A stretch of 64,000 bases of DNA from Eremomyces bilateralis CBS 781.70 (GCA_010015585.1 ML975168.1), one strand, 5' to 3'; counted from the stretch's first letter, positions 50,101 through 63,327 are shown. Translations and numbers: made by a program. The notes: generated by a model not told the origin, from the letters alone.

Positions 50101-52721
50101 GAGGAGTTTGCTGGTGTCCAATCCGGACATATCTCCTTGGAATGATCCCGCTTCCACCGATCTGTCCAAGCAGCTCGGATATCCTTCTCTTTTGTAAACC
50201 TCTACCCCTCCGACACGAGCTGGAGCTAATCAATGTGGCGCGGATGGCCGCACCGTCTAGCAGCGCCGTGGACTCGAGGTTCGCAAATCGAATAGTCCCG
50301 AGACCTTTCTTGTAAGGGTCGCAAAACCCCGGTCTCTGGGAGGCTCTTCTCTCCGCCAATGCTGCGGCTACGCTGAAAGTTGAATATCCGCTGCCCTGTT
50401 CACTAAGGCCTCGCAATGAGCGCGTCCCTCGCGTATGTAGTGCCGGTATTACTGGCGGTCCACCTCTGCCGGATGGAGCGAGAAACAAGCCCCAGTAAGC
50501 CCATGTATAGACTGAGTACACCCAGGGAGGATGATGGCAAACGCCTTGTATACGTGGAAAGTCAGTTCAGCGATACTTGAACCGGCCGAGGTGGAAAGAT
50601 CTGCGTGGTGGAGGATCACACTGAAAGAGTCCTTCGTGTGGCCGAAGATGTCTCATTTATTCCACTTCCAGTGCCGGTATCGCGGTGCAGAAGGCGAGGG
50701 GGAAGAGTGAGATGATAGGAGGTTTGTACGGAGTGCTGGGGCGTTTTCTACTACGGACGGATGAGAGAATTGGAGCATCTCATATGCTCTGAGCAACGTG
50801 TGAAACCGGTCGGATGAAATAAAAGCACCGAAGAATATTCGATAGATTGAGACGCTACAGTACTTGGAATAATGTCCAACGACTATGAGAGGGGAATGAT
50901 GAGCTACTGAAAAGCGCTCCGCAAGGGGATTAGGATATATACCGTATCCAACCACTTGGAACGGATAGGATTTGAGTGAAGGCAAGGTAGAATTGAAAAG
51001 AGCAAGATATACGAAGGGACACTTATCCTGAGGAGCTACCAGTGAGTACGCGAATTGAGCTGCTTTGTTGTCGTTTCGCGTTCGTTTCCCTCGATCCTGA
51101 TGACCATATAGTGTTGCAGAATTCGATATATGAATGCCGAGGACGTCGGAAAAGCATGAAATCCGCCGCTAGACTGGGCTTAATACGTTATATAGTGCTG
51201 GAAATGAGCCACTACTTGGATATTTTCACAAGCGGAACTGTGCTCCAAGGCATAGGAGCTGGCGCGAGGACGACGCGGGATGGATAACTGGCCATTGCTC
51301 ACTGAACGAGGTGCGGGTTTTGATTTGAAAAGAGATTAGCTTGTCTTGGATGTCAGGAATACCTAGTATATTCTGCACGGCGATGCTAATTGTCGAGGCG
51401 AACTCGAGGGTATAAGTGAGTCGAAGTTGGACTTTCAAACCAGATAGTAGGATCGTGCTCGAAAACAAAACCAACCTTCAGCCACCACTTCCCTCTCGGA
51501 CGGTCAGAGTCCATTGGGCAAACTTTTCGTCTGCGATCAAACGTATCACCCTCTGATCGCCACAGTGAGTTGAATTCAGGAGGGGACGGGGGGACTGACA
51601 GGAGACCAGCTTCATGAAGAGAGTAGGGGGCGGATCAATGGAGTCAAGTAAGGTAGGGGGGATGACCTCTTCATCAGGTTCAGATATGCCACTTGACCTA
51701 GAGGGTCGTAGGCAGTTGAAACCGAAGGTTGAGTGTAAGAATATGAGCTACCAGTGGTTTGGAAAGCGTACTGCAGCAACGGCCAACTTTTGTGATGGAT
51801 GTTGGTAGTTGTTGGTGAACGCTGTGAGAAATGGATTGCGGAAACAGCCTGGATGGCCTATTGCTCAAGGCGCGTCGGCAATGCCTTCGAGAAAAAGAAC
51901 GCAATGATTATCATAACGTATGATTGATACTTCAAGTAGTTAGGGATCAAGAAATGTTGAGGAATAACTGTCGACTTGCTTCATGCATTGTCTAGGCTGT
52001 ATAGTTCAGGAGACTTTGGACTAAGAAAACACCAACAGCGCACAATATCACGGCAGAATTCTGGACTTCTGGAATTGGTGTGCGATTTCTGAAACAACTA
52101 GAAATACGGAGAAGCAAGGAATAAAAATAAAGGCGGACACAGAATTCCGTTTGTAGCAAGCCAAAATCGTCTGATGATGAATCATGGAGCAGTTTGATCA
52201 ATGAAGTCGGTTTGTTGCTGCCTGATTATTTTAGTTCAGGTTGGACGCCTCAGGCAGGAGGTTTCAAACAGGCACAAGCCCCTGTCACTGCAAGGAGACA
52301 ATCGGGAGACGATCACCTGAGCGAGGGCTTGGTATGAATGTTGATTGGATAATGGAAATGGGGATCTGACAGGGAGGCATTCCACCGTCAATAGTTGTAG
52401 AAGTTGTTGATCGATGCTGTGTGCTGGATTTGTCGAGTTTGCTGATGAGAAGGGATTGGATAATACTTGAATGGGACAACAATCAACATACCAAACTTAG
52501 TATATGCTGCTTTACGGAGTGTGAACCTATCGTGAATATACTGAGAAAGTGAAGATGCTCAACGAGAAGGAGGGGGCCCAATCAGGCATAGCGTAACTTA
52601 GACACAGCAGGGGTCCCAGAAGATCAGGCAGTAAGGCATCAAGTCGCACCTGCCTATTCCCTGGCTCCGAACCTGCAGTAGCGACCCTCACCCATCGAAT
52701 CCGCCCGTCACTCACTGCGGC

Positions 52722-52751
52722 TGTCACTTTGGTGTGTCACTTTGGCGTGTC
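52722..52751. repeat. 13-bp tandem duplication upstream of the JmjC gene
   Basis: tgtcactttggtg tgtcactttggcg tgtc. Confidence 0.6.
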
Positions 52752-53042
52752 GTCGAACTTCAATCCAAGTGCATCTCATCACTGATCAACTCCCTTCAAC
52801 GCCCTCTCACCTACTGGATTTGAGGGATGAAAAAACAGAGGAACCATATTCGAATGTGACATCCCTCAAGCCCATCTTCCTGCGTCACTCGCTTCGGTAT
52901 CCAGCCTTGGAACGTCTCTGCCGACTATCGGGGTCCATTTCACTTCAACTCAAGAACCTGCCATCCACCGAACCTGCAGCCTTCGAAGCGAATCGATACT
53001 TCGTATACCCAACAATAGGCGACGTCTCGCCATCCTTCCGCT

Positions 53043-56000
53043 ATGGAGTCGGCGGTGGTGGCGGATGCGCCGCCGAATGAGCCCATTCACGATGGGGGTC
53101 AGGCCGACCCGCCGCAACAGCCCAAAGCGGCCCTGACGCCACCCACCAGTGAAGATCAAGACCATGAGAAGCGAGACGATGCCAGTTCCATCCTCTCCGA
53201 TATCGACATGGAGAATGAGGAGGACGATATTGGCGAGATCGAGCCGGACCATTACTACGAAGGGGGAAAGATTCCCGTCTTCAAACCGGTATGTTTCTGA
53301 AGTGGAGTGCGCAGTGCCTCAGTGAATCGACTGAGGGTGGCGATGGAGGTTGATAAGAAGAATGACATCACTGACATAACCTCGCTCGGTGCGAATCAGA
53401 CAATGGACCAATTCCGAAGCTTCAGTAAATTCGTCGAGAAGGTGGACAAGTATGGAATGAAGTCGGGGATCGTCAAAGTTATTCCGCCACCAGAATGGTT
53501 CGTCCCCCCACCCCCATGCACACGCTACTTCCCACCACGAACAACAATACTGACCATGGCTATTGTCCCTGCAGGCGGGAATCGCTGCCGAGCCTCGAAG
53601 AGAAAATAAAGGCCATTCGGGTCAAGAACCCAATTACCCAGGAATTCGCCGGCACCCACGGTACCTATACACAGGCAAACATCGAGAAGCAACGGTCTTA
53701 CAACCTGCCGCAATGGAAGTCATTATGTGAAGAGACCAGTCATCAACCACCTGCACGGCGAGGAGAACGTCGTCGCCAAGCAGAGGTCGCTCCGAAACCC
53801 AAACCTCGTCGTCTTAGCCCACTTCCCAATGGCGAGAAACGTCGCCCGGGACGACCGAGAAAGCGACCACTTCCAAAAGAACCACCCAAAGAAGAGAAAG
53901 ATACCGAGCAACCTGCAACCGAAGGTGCTTCGTCACCAGTACCTCCAACCCCCATGTCACCGCCAGGACCCAAAGTTACTGAGACCGACACGACGTCCGC
54001 AAAGCACGTCAAGATCGAGACACCGACTGAGGCTGCCCGTGTAAAGAAGGAACCAACCCCAAAGCCACGGGGAAGACAGCCAAAAACAAAATCCATCTCA
54101 TCACGACGTATGTTTAATCGTCAAGATGCCGCACAGATCATCGACGAAGAATCATTTAATAACTTCGACTACCACCTCGCGAACGTCGACGAGTTCACCA
54201 AAGAGCGATGCGAAGAGTTGGAAGAGGTGTATTGGAAAACGTTGAACTACGGGACGCCCATGTATGGGGCCGACATGCCTGGTTCCCTATTCGACGACAC
54301 CGTGGCCAGTTGGAATGTCGCGAAGCTGGATAATCTGTTAGATGTGCTCGGCACAAAGGTTCCTGGCGTCAATACCACGTATCTCTATTTGGGACAGTGG
54401 AAGGCGACGTTTGCGTGGCATTTGGAGGATGTCGACCTCTACAGCATCAATTACATCCACTTTGGCGCTCCGAAGCAATGGTACAGCATCTCGCAATGCG
54501 ATGCCAGGCGCTTCGAGGCGGCAATGAAGAGTACGTCGTCAATTCAATGATAACAGAAACAGACTAACGATAATTAGGCATTTGGCCTCAGGATGCAAAG
54601 AATTGTAACCAATTCCTCCGCCACAAGACTTACCTCATCTCTCCCGAGAAGCTGAAAAGTCAATTCAACATCACCGTGAACAAGCTCGTCCACCGAGAAG
54701 GCGAGTTCGTCATCACCTACCCGTACGGCTACCATTCCGGCTTCAACATTGGCTACAACTGCGCGGAATCCGTCAACTTCGCTACAGAATCCTGGCTCGA
54801 CTTTGGTCGCATTGCCAAGAAATGCGACTGCGAAGCCGACAGCGTGTGGATCGATATCGCTGAGATCGAGCGGAAACTTCGTGGGGAGCCCACACCGGAG
54901 TACTACACGGACTACGAGGACGACGATATGGACGACGTGCCGCAAGATCTGCCCAGTCCCCCGGCTAGTACGGTTGGGAAGGCCAAGGGGAAGCCAGGGA
55001 GAAAGAGGAAGGCCGACGTGCTCGTGGCGAAAGACGCGGAGGCGCGGAAGGCAAAACGCATCAAGATCAAAATCAAGAAGCCGACCAAGGAACCGTGCGT
55101 TCTGTGTCCGAACGACGTGGCCTACGACGTGTTGCTCCCCACGGACACCGGGCAGCAAGCTCATCGACTATGCGGGTTGTATACTCCTGAAACGTTCCTC
55201 AGCGAGCAGAATGGGGTGGAAAAGGTTTTCAATATCGCGGGCATTGGGAAAGATCGGTTGGAATTGCGATGCAACTTCTGTCGCTCACGTCGGGGCGCAT
55301 GTTTCCAGTGCTCCAGCAAGAAGTGTACCCGAGCTTATCACGCAACATGCGCGGCTGCTGCCGGCGTGCAGGTGGATTCTGGGCCGATGCCAACGTTCGA
55401 CACAGACGGGACCGAGTATTTCTACGAAGGGTACGATTTCCGGTGCCGTTACCACCGCGTCCGCCGCGGCAAGACCATCACCCTGGAGCATCTCGAAAAC
55501 AACAAGCTCGTCCACGACTACGCCAAAAAGCTGCGCCCAAACGACGTCGTCCAAGCCCAACTCTTCGGCGCCGACGTCTTCGGCGGCACCGTCCTCGAGA
55601 ACCGCCCCGCCGAATCCTCCTGCCTCATCTCCCTCCTTCCTTCCGGTGACTCCGTCGAAGTCGAATGGAAATACCTCCTCGTCCTCGCCCCCTCCGACTC
55701 CCTCCGGCCCAAGCCGTCCGCCAACGCGGTACAGCTCCCCGACCACCTCTCCAGCTCCAACGCCGCCCTCGACCCCTCCAACCGCAAAGATGGCGTCCCC
55801 ACAATCGACACCCCCTTCCACGACCCCAACGCTCCGCAAAAGTGGGCCGAGTTCGTCGCCTGCGACCAAGACTCCGCCGGCCGTCCGCTGTGCAACCCTG
55901 CACAGACGAAGGTCGACCTCGCCAAGCCGGAGCAGCTGTGGTTCTATCTGGGGAAAACCAGCACCGAAGCGCGCGCGCAGTTCACCCATGATCTGAGAAT

Positions 56001-58137
56001 TCGAACGCATAACACCAAGAGCAACTTCCTCGATCTCGTGCGTCCCGCTCGCACGTCCTCCGTCGTCCCGTCGATCCCGCGATACAGCCTCTCGCCACAC
56101 CTCTACACGAACCAGAACGCCACGTCCGCTGGCACAACCGTCGCCGGGAAGCCATACACCTACAAGCCGAAAGTCCCGATCGCGAGCCTCCCCTGGCCCG
56201 TTCAACGCGCACTACAGCCATCCCCATCGCCCGCCGCTCAGCCCCAACCACAACCATACTCGCAACCGCCCTCCGTCTCCCAACCACACCCCCAATCTCG
56301 CCCTCCCCCGCCAAATTACCCGCAGCAATCATCCCACCAACCCCAAATCGCATCTTCCCACCCCCGCACCCCCTCCCATCCGTCTCATCCCCTCCCCGGC
56401 CGCGCTGGGGTAGCCGGAACACCTACTTCGCCGTTCGTGACGGGCGCGCAGCTCGCGGGGAGCGCGGATGCGCAACTGAGGTATTATCAGCAGTTGCAGG
56501 CGACGAAGATGGTGGATACGGGCGGGCCGAGAGGGGGGTCGAGCCAGCCGAGTGGGGTGCAGAGGGGTGCGATGCAGAGCACGAGGCCACATGGTGGGAC
56601 GAACACGGCGACTGCGGTGCCAAAACCGGGTGTTCAGGCGGGGCAGACGAGGCAGGCCCAGTACCTGAACCATGGTGGGAACGCCGCCACGCCGGTTGTG
56701 AATCCGCCCAGACAGGGGTCTGGGACTCCGGCTGTGGTGACGACGCTGACGCGTGCGAAGGCGAGTCCGATGGCGGAGGTGAAGATTAAGCAGGAGCCAG
56801 GGCAGACGGAGAGTGTAACGTCGATTGCGTCGGTGCCAACGGGTGGGAATTCTCACCTTGCTCCATCGACAACCATGCAGATGGGATCGGGCGGCGTAAC
56901 TAGCCGATCGCCACAACCGACAGTCTCCGAGCAGATCTCGGAGTACCTCACTGCCGTCGACAAGCCCATCACCGGCCTGGCGAGTGCCTCGCCGCAACCG
57001 CAATCGAAGGCCAACGATAGTGCGACGCGCTCGCAGCCAACGAGCGTTTCTCGAGGAACTCCAGCTGCTGATTCGCACGGTACCGAGCCATTTGTCCGCT
57101 CTCCGACCTTCTCTGGCCTGAGCTTCCAATCGCCATCATCACTCCATCAGTCCGACTTCCCCCTCAACCACGCGACCCCCTCACCACCCGAATTCCCCTC
57201 CCTCACGAACCCCGCGCCCTCCGAATTCCCACTCAACCGCCCGACACCCGCCCCTACCGACTTCCCCTTCACCCACCCCTCCCGCACCCCCTCTGAGTCC
57301 GCCACCATCAACCCCGCCGCCCTCACCGCAACACCTGGGGACCTCATTGATCCGAGCCTCTTCACCTCGTCGCCAACCACCGCTCCCCACAACTACCTCC
57401 CACAACAGCCACATCAACAAGGTAGTAGTCCGTTCACCTTCGGCGGCGTGGTCGGCGCCCTCGACGCCCGCCGCAGTAGCATCAACCTCCCCACCCGCCC
57501 AACCGGCTCGCGACTTCCACCCCTCAGCCACGTGCGGAGTATCAGCGTCGGCCAGAAACCCGTCATGCAGCCACCGATGACGCTCGGTCGAAGTGACGCG
57601 TTCACGATTGGTCAGTCCCAACGCTTCCCTCGCCCTGTCCCTAGCTCAGCCTCCGCACCCGGCACCACCTCCGCAATCGGCAGCTCCACCTCCAGCGGTA
57701 GCTCCACACCCCACACCAGCTCAACGCCTCGATCTACATCCGTCGCGCATTTCGGGGCGGGCAGCAATCCCGGTCTCTCCGGTCTCTCCGGAACCGGGCC
57801 CGGGACAGCCGGATGGGACCGCGGCCCCGCCAGCGCACGCTACGATAACCGCGCGTTCAACCCGCCGCCCTACGAGGAAGCGGAACGGCTGTTCGCGCGC
57901 AGCCCGAGTACGGGAAGGACGCCGGTAAGGTTGAGTCCTGTGGTGGGGACGACGACGCCGGGGCGGGAACCGGAATCGAAAGAGACGAAGGGGAAGGAGA
58001 AGGTGGATGGGGGTGATGGGAAAGGGGTGATGACTTTTGGACCGCTGATGATGGGACGGAAGGAGAAGGAGAAAGATGGGGAGGAGGGGTATGCGAGGCC
58101 GTCGTATAGTCCGATTCGGAGGGGAGTAGATGGATGA
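53043..58137 (+). CDS. kdmA: JmjN/JmjC histone demethylase, KDM4/Rph1/KdmA type, with an extended PHD-like (zf-HC5HC2H) domain; 3 introns
   Basis: JmjN IPVFKPTMDQFRSF...SGIVKVIPP. JmjC PGVNTTYLYLGQWKATFAWHLEDVDLYSINYIHFGAPKQWY...YHSGFNIGYNCAESVNFA carries intact H-x-E...H ligands. PHD-like AHRLC...CNFC...GACFQC...CTRAYHATCA. Confidence 0.96.
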
Positions 58138-59078
58138 TTGATTGATTGAATGGTTACGGTTACATGATTGTGGAATGGAATACGGACAGACGGATTCATG
58201 CGATTTATATCGTTACTTTTCTGTTCTTTTCTTCGGTTCCGTGTGCGTGAGATTCGTTTATGCCATGGGGATGGTATGGTATGGTACTTTATGGGAGAAT
58301 CTATCTCTCTGCGCCGTGTTACATGCCCGGCGTCCCGCGGCATTGGGTGATTGGATCGGATAGGATGGTAGACTGGACGCCGAGCTTGGTTTCGTCCAGC
58401 TCGGATTAGCTCGCAAAAGGACAGTCGGAATCAATCGGTCGTTTCGATTCGTGTCAGATGAAGAAGAAAAGGGCGGGAATGGTTGCTCTGATGGATATCT
58501 TATATCGAGGAAGAGGAAGCATCCACAGGGAGAGATGTGAAGCCAAGTACCTGTATGGACATGGATGGAAGGGAGAGTGTATGGTACTCCCGTTATGTAC
58601 GCTATGTACTGTCGGCGAACTGTATGGTTCCCTAGGAGCAATGCAAGAAACAGTCGGGCATGGTCAGAGTTGAATGTTACGTGATGTTGTGCAGCTGGGG
58701 AGTGTAGATGCATCAAGGAGAAGGGCCTGCTCGCTCGATTGGCCTCGGGCTGGTTGGTTTCTTCCACAATTCCAAGTCCATAGTATTACTAGATCTACGT
58801 ATTCGAGTGCGTATTCGACATTGGAGGACTCGGGTCCTCTAACCTTGTCGCAGTGTTTGGTACGGTATAACTGATGCGTGTATTGGCATTGTATATCTTC
58901 TAAGAGAGATACCCACCACGATAATCTTTTTGAATGGCATGGATACTGGCAACAAAGAGATAGAAACACAGCAAGGAATGGCTAATAGGAATAGAACTGT
59001 CTCGGACCTTTCGTTCTCTATGGTCCGCCGCTTTCCGTGCGATATTCCTCCCATAACCATTCCCCGCTATGTCCAAGT

Positions 59079-60638
59079 CTACAATCGCTCATCTCCTTTC
59101 TGCCACCCCTTCGGCGACCGCAATCCCGCCCTTTCCGCCACCCCCTCACTCTCCACCGCCATCGCATTCACCTTCGTCACCTCAAACCCGGCAATTTGCT
59201 TATACTTGCGTCCGACCTCATCGATTTCCTTCTCCGGGACAATGTCATGCACGTGTCTGCCCTGCAGACCGTCCGGCGCTCGCTCATACACGAGTTGCAG
59301 CACTTGATCGGGCCCGTTGGCGCGATTGGAGAGCACGATGGCGGTGGTGGGGGGACGGCGTTGTTTCTCGTAGGCTTGCAGGGCGGAGGCGACGCCGGCA
59401 CTGAGGCCGGAGGGGGTTTGCGGGAGGGAGAGGAAGGCGGTGACGAGTGCTTCAGAGTCGAGGATGGCTTGGGAGGCGCCGTTGGAGCCAACTGGAGAAG
59501 GGCATTATGATTATGGATTTGGAGCGATGGGTGGAAATGGACTTACTGGGATACATCGGATGGGCTGCGTCGCCCATCAATGTCATCCTCCCTTCGCACC
59601 ACCGATCGACCGGATCGCGGTCGCACATGGGGAACTCATAGACCGTATCCGTCGCCTCGACCAGCTCCTCCACGTCCAACACTTGATCACTCTGCGTCGT
59701 ATCCCTCCCCTCCCTCTCATCCATAAACCGCCACCCCACGAATCTTGGCAAGAACTTCTCCCGATCCACCCCCCGCAACCAATCCACCGGCGGCGGCGTC
59801 AAGTCCGGATCCCCCTCGTCCCTTACCCGCAACTCCGCGATCCAATTCACCAAACTCCGACCTTTCCGAAACGATCCCCCGCCGATCGGGTACGCGATAA
59901 ACTTCTGATCCGCGTGCCCCGCCCACACCATGCTCCGGCCCGTGAGGAACCCCTTCTCCCGCACCGTGCAGCCGCGCCATAAGATCCGGCCAGAAAACCG
60001 GGGGGGCCCTTCGGTCGGATAGAGCTGCGCGCGGCAACTCGAGTGGATCCCATCGCACGCCAGCAATACATGTCCGCTCGCCGTCGGGATCTCCGCCGGC
60101 CCAACCACCTCGTCCGTTCCCTTGGCCGGTTTCCTCACAAAATGCGCCGTCACCTCCTCCTCACCCTGCTCAAACCGCTCCAACGCGTGATCCAACCGCA
60201 CCGCGCCCTTCCCCAACCGCTCCCTTACTGCATCCAGCAACATCATCTGTAGCTCCCCGCGATGGACGCTGAACTGCGGGACGGCATAACCAGCCGCAAG
60301 ACCGCGCGGCTCGCGCACGATGAGCTCGCCGTGCTGGGTGTAGTAGTTCAGGTCGGCGGTCTCGATGGCGGAGGCGTGCAAGGCCGGGAGGAGGCCAAGG
60401 TTGCGGAGGAGGAGAACGGCGTGCGGTTGGAGGTTGATGCCGACGCCGAGGGGGGTGATGGAGGAGGAGGATTCAAAGATGCGGATGGAGGTGAAGCCGG
60501 CAGCGTGGAGGTGGAGGGCTAGGGGGTTAGCTGAGGGTTCTCAGGGGGTGGTCACGGGGGATGTAGGGTACCGGTGGAGAGGCCGCCTATGCCAGCGCCG
60601 ACGATGAGGATGGAGAGTTCGGCTTTTGCGTCGCTCAT
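59079..60638 (-). CDS. FAD-dependent monooxygenase (salicylate-hydroxylase-like, group A); 2 introns
   Basis: ILIVGAGIGGL, GVGINLQPHAV, SVHRGELQMML, ACDGIHS, FSGRILWRG and [24 protein letters not shown] motifs. Confidence 0.94.
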
Positions 60639-61313
60639 GGTTGCGGTGGTACTTGGGGATTGGATAATGACGAAACGAAACTCTTCAAACCCCAAATCGA
60701 ACAGAATATCTAACTCCACGAAGCAATCCGCTCATGGTCACACTGACTATGAATCCAACTGTCCTATTTCTCCAGTGGCTTCAGTCCTCACACCATACAC
60801 ATAGCACTTCTGTTCAAGTAAGTACCGCGGACACCGTTGCAATTGAAGCTATCGCGACATTGTACAGCGAGAGATCCGAACCTCATTATGCTGGATTTTT
60901 CTATTTATCCGGCATTGGCGTCGATCTCCACTCCGAGGTCGGCTGGGGCAAGAAATTAGATTGGGATCTCAGTCCTCCGACTCACGAGTCACGCCTGGTT
61001 CACGCAACATATATCTGGGGTCCCCACACAGGGCTTGGATCCCTCGGCTGATTAGCTCGGCTTGTATATCGGGAGTTAGAAGTCTTAGAATGGTGTACCT
61101 TTTATAGACGTGCATGAAGGAATAAAGTTAAGGATATCTATCATTGCTACCACATAATGGTGGAATAAATTATGAACCTCGATGCCAAATGGTATACAAC
61201 CATTCTCTGGGTATCTTACTCTAACGCCACGCTATGTCGTCAAAATCGTAAAAATGCAATCCAACCAACCCATCTCCAGCAAGACATGCAAAACGTGCCA
61301 AGTATAATACGTG

Positions 61314-62675
61314 CTAGCCCTCCACAACCGACCGCAGCCCCCCCGCCGTCACCGCAAACTCCCTCCCCTCCCCCTCTGTCGCCTTCGCCCAAGCCGCAAA
61401 CACCATCCTCATCTTCCTCATCGTCTGCCCGTCCGCCGACTCGCTCCCCCTGATCAACGTGATCCGTCCGGCGATCTGATTCGCCCAGACGAGTCCTAGC
61501 GCCGGCGTCTTGAGCGAGGATGGGTTTGAGGCGGGGATATCGCCCCAGCCGGTGAACCACTTCATCTGGTGGTCGAGGGTCAGCTCGTCTGGGCTGTGGA
61601 TCGATTCTGCTGGCTCCGGGGGAGATGGACGTTCGTCTTTGGGGTTCTGGGTGGGTACTGCGCTTCCGCCATTGCCATTTTCCGGATGCGGTCGGGGGTT
61701 GGGAACGGATGTCGTCAAGAACCGGTCGGCGACTTGATTCGCAACGACGATAGCGATGTTGTACTTGGTGGCGGTCTGTCGTAGAAGGTGGCCGAGCTGG
61801 ATGAGCTGCACTCGTCGGTCGGCCATAGCCAAGCCCGGACTTCGCTTCCGTTTTCGTGGTGCCAGTGGCCCCAGCTGGTGGCCATCGGAAGGGTTATCGA
61901 ATTCAGCTCGGAAGTTCGCCGCGATAGAATCTATCACAACAAGTCCGACGTTGTGTCTTTCGATGGCGACCGGAAGCTGGTAGCGAAGAATGTGGTCTTG
62001 CGCCTCGAGATCTGGGGTTTGGATTGCGAGGACATTCTGTAAAGACGGCCGGGACTTTTGTGGAAGCGTAGAGAAGCCGGGCTGGGATAGCATCTGCGTG
62101 AGACGGGTGGTCGATAGCGGTGCTTCGGTCGAGATATATATGGCGGTCTTGCCGAGTCCGACGGGAGCAGGAAGTTGGACGTTGAGAAGGAGAGTAAGAA
62201 GTAACTGGGTCTTCGCGGAGCCACTGAGAGGAATCAGCAAAGAGTATCTACAGTGGAACAAGCCATGCTTCAAGAATGGATTGCCAACATACCTCTCACC
62301 GGTGACCTCTGTCACATAACCCGTAGGAAATCCTCCACCAAGGACCTCATCAAATCCGCCATCCGACATGCTGATGAATTCACTCGTCTGATTCGTCCCG
62401 TCTCGACGCGTCTCTTTGTCACGTTCTACAACCTCTACACTCTCTGCCCCTTTTCCATCATCCAGGCTCGCTAGCACGTCCGCTTGCAGGGCATCTTCAA
62501 TCGCCGTCACCATCAACCGCAGCTGCGAAAGTGGGACCTTTGCGCGATCCGCGAGCTTGCTGGGCTCTTCGGTGACCAGGTCCACGCAAGCGATGCCGTT
62601 TTTCTCGAGGGAGTAGATGAGGTTAGAGAAGGGGGAGAGGTCGAAGTTCGGGAGAGTGTGGTAGATGTCGGTCAT
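61314..62675 (-). CDS. RAD57: RecA/Rad51 paralog Rad57; 1 intron
   Basis: LGGGFPTGYVTEVTGESGSAKTQ after splicing; IYISTEAPLSTTRL; GLVVIDSIAANFRAEF (Walker B); VVANQVADRF; KTPALGLVWANQI. Confidence 0.95.
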   Translation of the reverse strand: MTDIYHTLPNFDLSPFSNLIYSLEKNGIACVDLVTEEPSKLADRAKVPLSQLRLMVTAIEDALQADVLASLDDGKGAESVEVVERDKETRRDGTNQTSEFISMSDGGFDEVLGGGFPTGYVTEVTGERYVGNPFLKHGLFHCRYSLLIPLSGSAKTQLLLTLLLNVQLPAPVGLGKTAIYISTEAPLSTTRLTQMLSQPGFSTLPQKSRPSLQNVLAIQTPDLEAQDHILRYQLPVAIERHNVGLVVIDSIAANFRAEFDNPSDGHQLGPLAPRKRKRSPGLAMADRRVQLIQLGHLLRQTATKYNIAIVVANQVADRFLTTSVPNPRPHPENGNGGSAVPTQNPKDERPSPPEPAESIHSPDELTLDHQMKWFTGWGDIPASNPSSLKTPALGLVWANQIAGRITLIRGSESADGQTMRKMRMVFAAWAKATEGEGREFAVTAGGLRSVVEG

Positions 62676-63052
62676 GGTGTGATGGAGGAGGGGAGAGATG
62701 CGCTGCTCTGCTCATCCAACAGAAGTTGCGGGGAAGATGCGGGAGGGTTGCGTGGAAGTGGCATCCTGATATCAAGAACTTGGATGGTCGGCTGAACGAT
62801 ATAAGTCCATGGATGGAATGGATGAAGTGAAGATATTTGGAGAGGACTCTATTGCAGATTATATAACAGTGATGCCTCTCCCGTTATGGTCTCGCGAAGT
62901 CCGATGCTCGGCTGGTTTATTTACTACATGGGCGATGGTATTGTATCAACTTTCTTCAAGTCCACAACAGTCACAGCAACAGCACCATGTTTCAAGTACC
63001 GTTGCCTCGCTTGACCTGCTCAATTGCCTACAAAGATAATTGGAATAGGTTT

Positions 63053-63080
63053 GTAAGCAGTAAGCAGTAAGCAGTAAGCA
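63053..63080. repeat. (GTAAGCA)x4 microsatellite in the RAD57/esterase divergent intergenic region
   Basis: Four perfect 7-bp copies. Confidence 0.9.
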
Positions 63081-63327
63081 TCATTGCAGCAAAGTGGAGA
63101 GGATCGCAAGCTGCTTCCCGCCCCCAAAAGGCCTCATCTAATTAGGACAGGGGAGAGATACGTACGTATGTACAATCCTCAACAAAGAGTCATTTGTCCT
63201 ATTCATTTTTTCTAGAAGCATAAATATGAAGTGTTACTACAATTCTTAGCAAGTCCTGTTTGCCCTCAATATCAATTGACGGCTCTATACCATACGGAGT
63301 ACGGTACCACGCATCGCAACCGCGACC

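Noticed and set aside
59079..59090. C-terminal ERL of the monooxygenase as a peroxisomal PTS1
   Set aside because: Glu at position -3 does not fit the canonical (S/A/C)(K/R/H)L consensus.
23543..62675. Apparent DNA-repair/nuclear gene cluster (RAD23, RAD57, kdmA, POP8, eIF6)
   Set aside because: These are widely spaced housekeeping genes interleaved with unrelated ones; no shared structure is visible.
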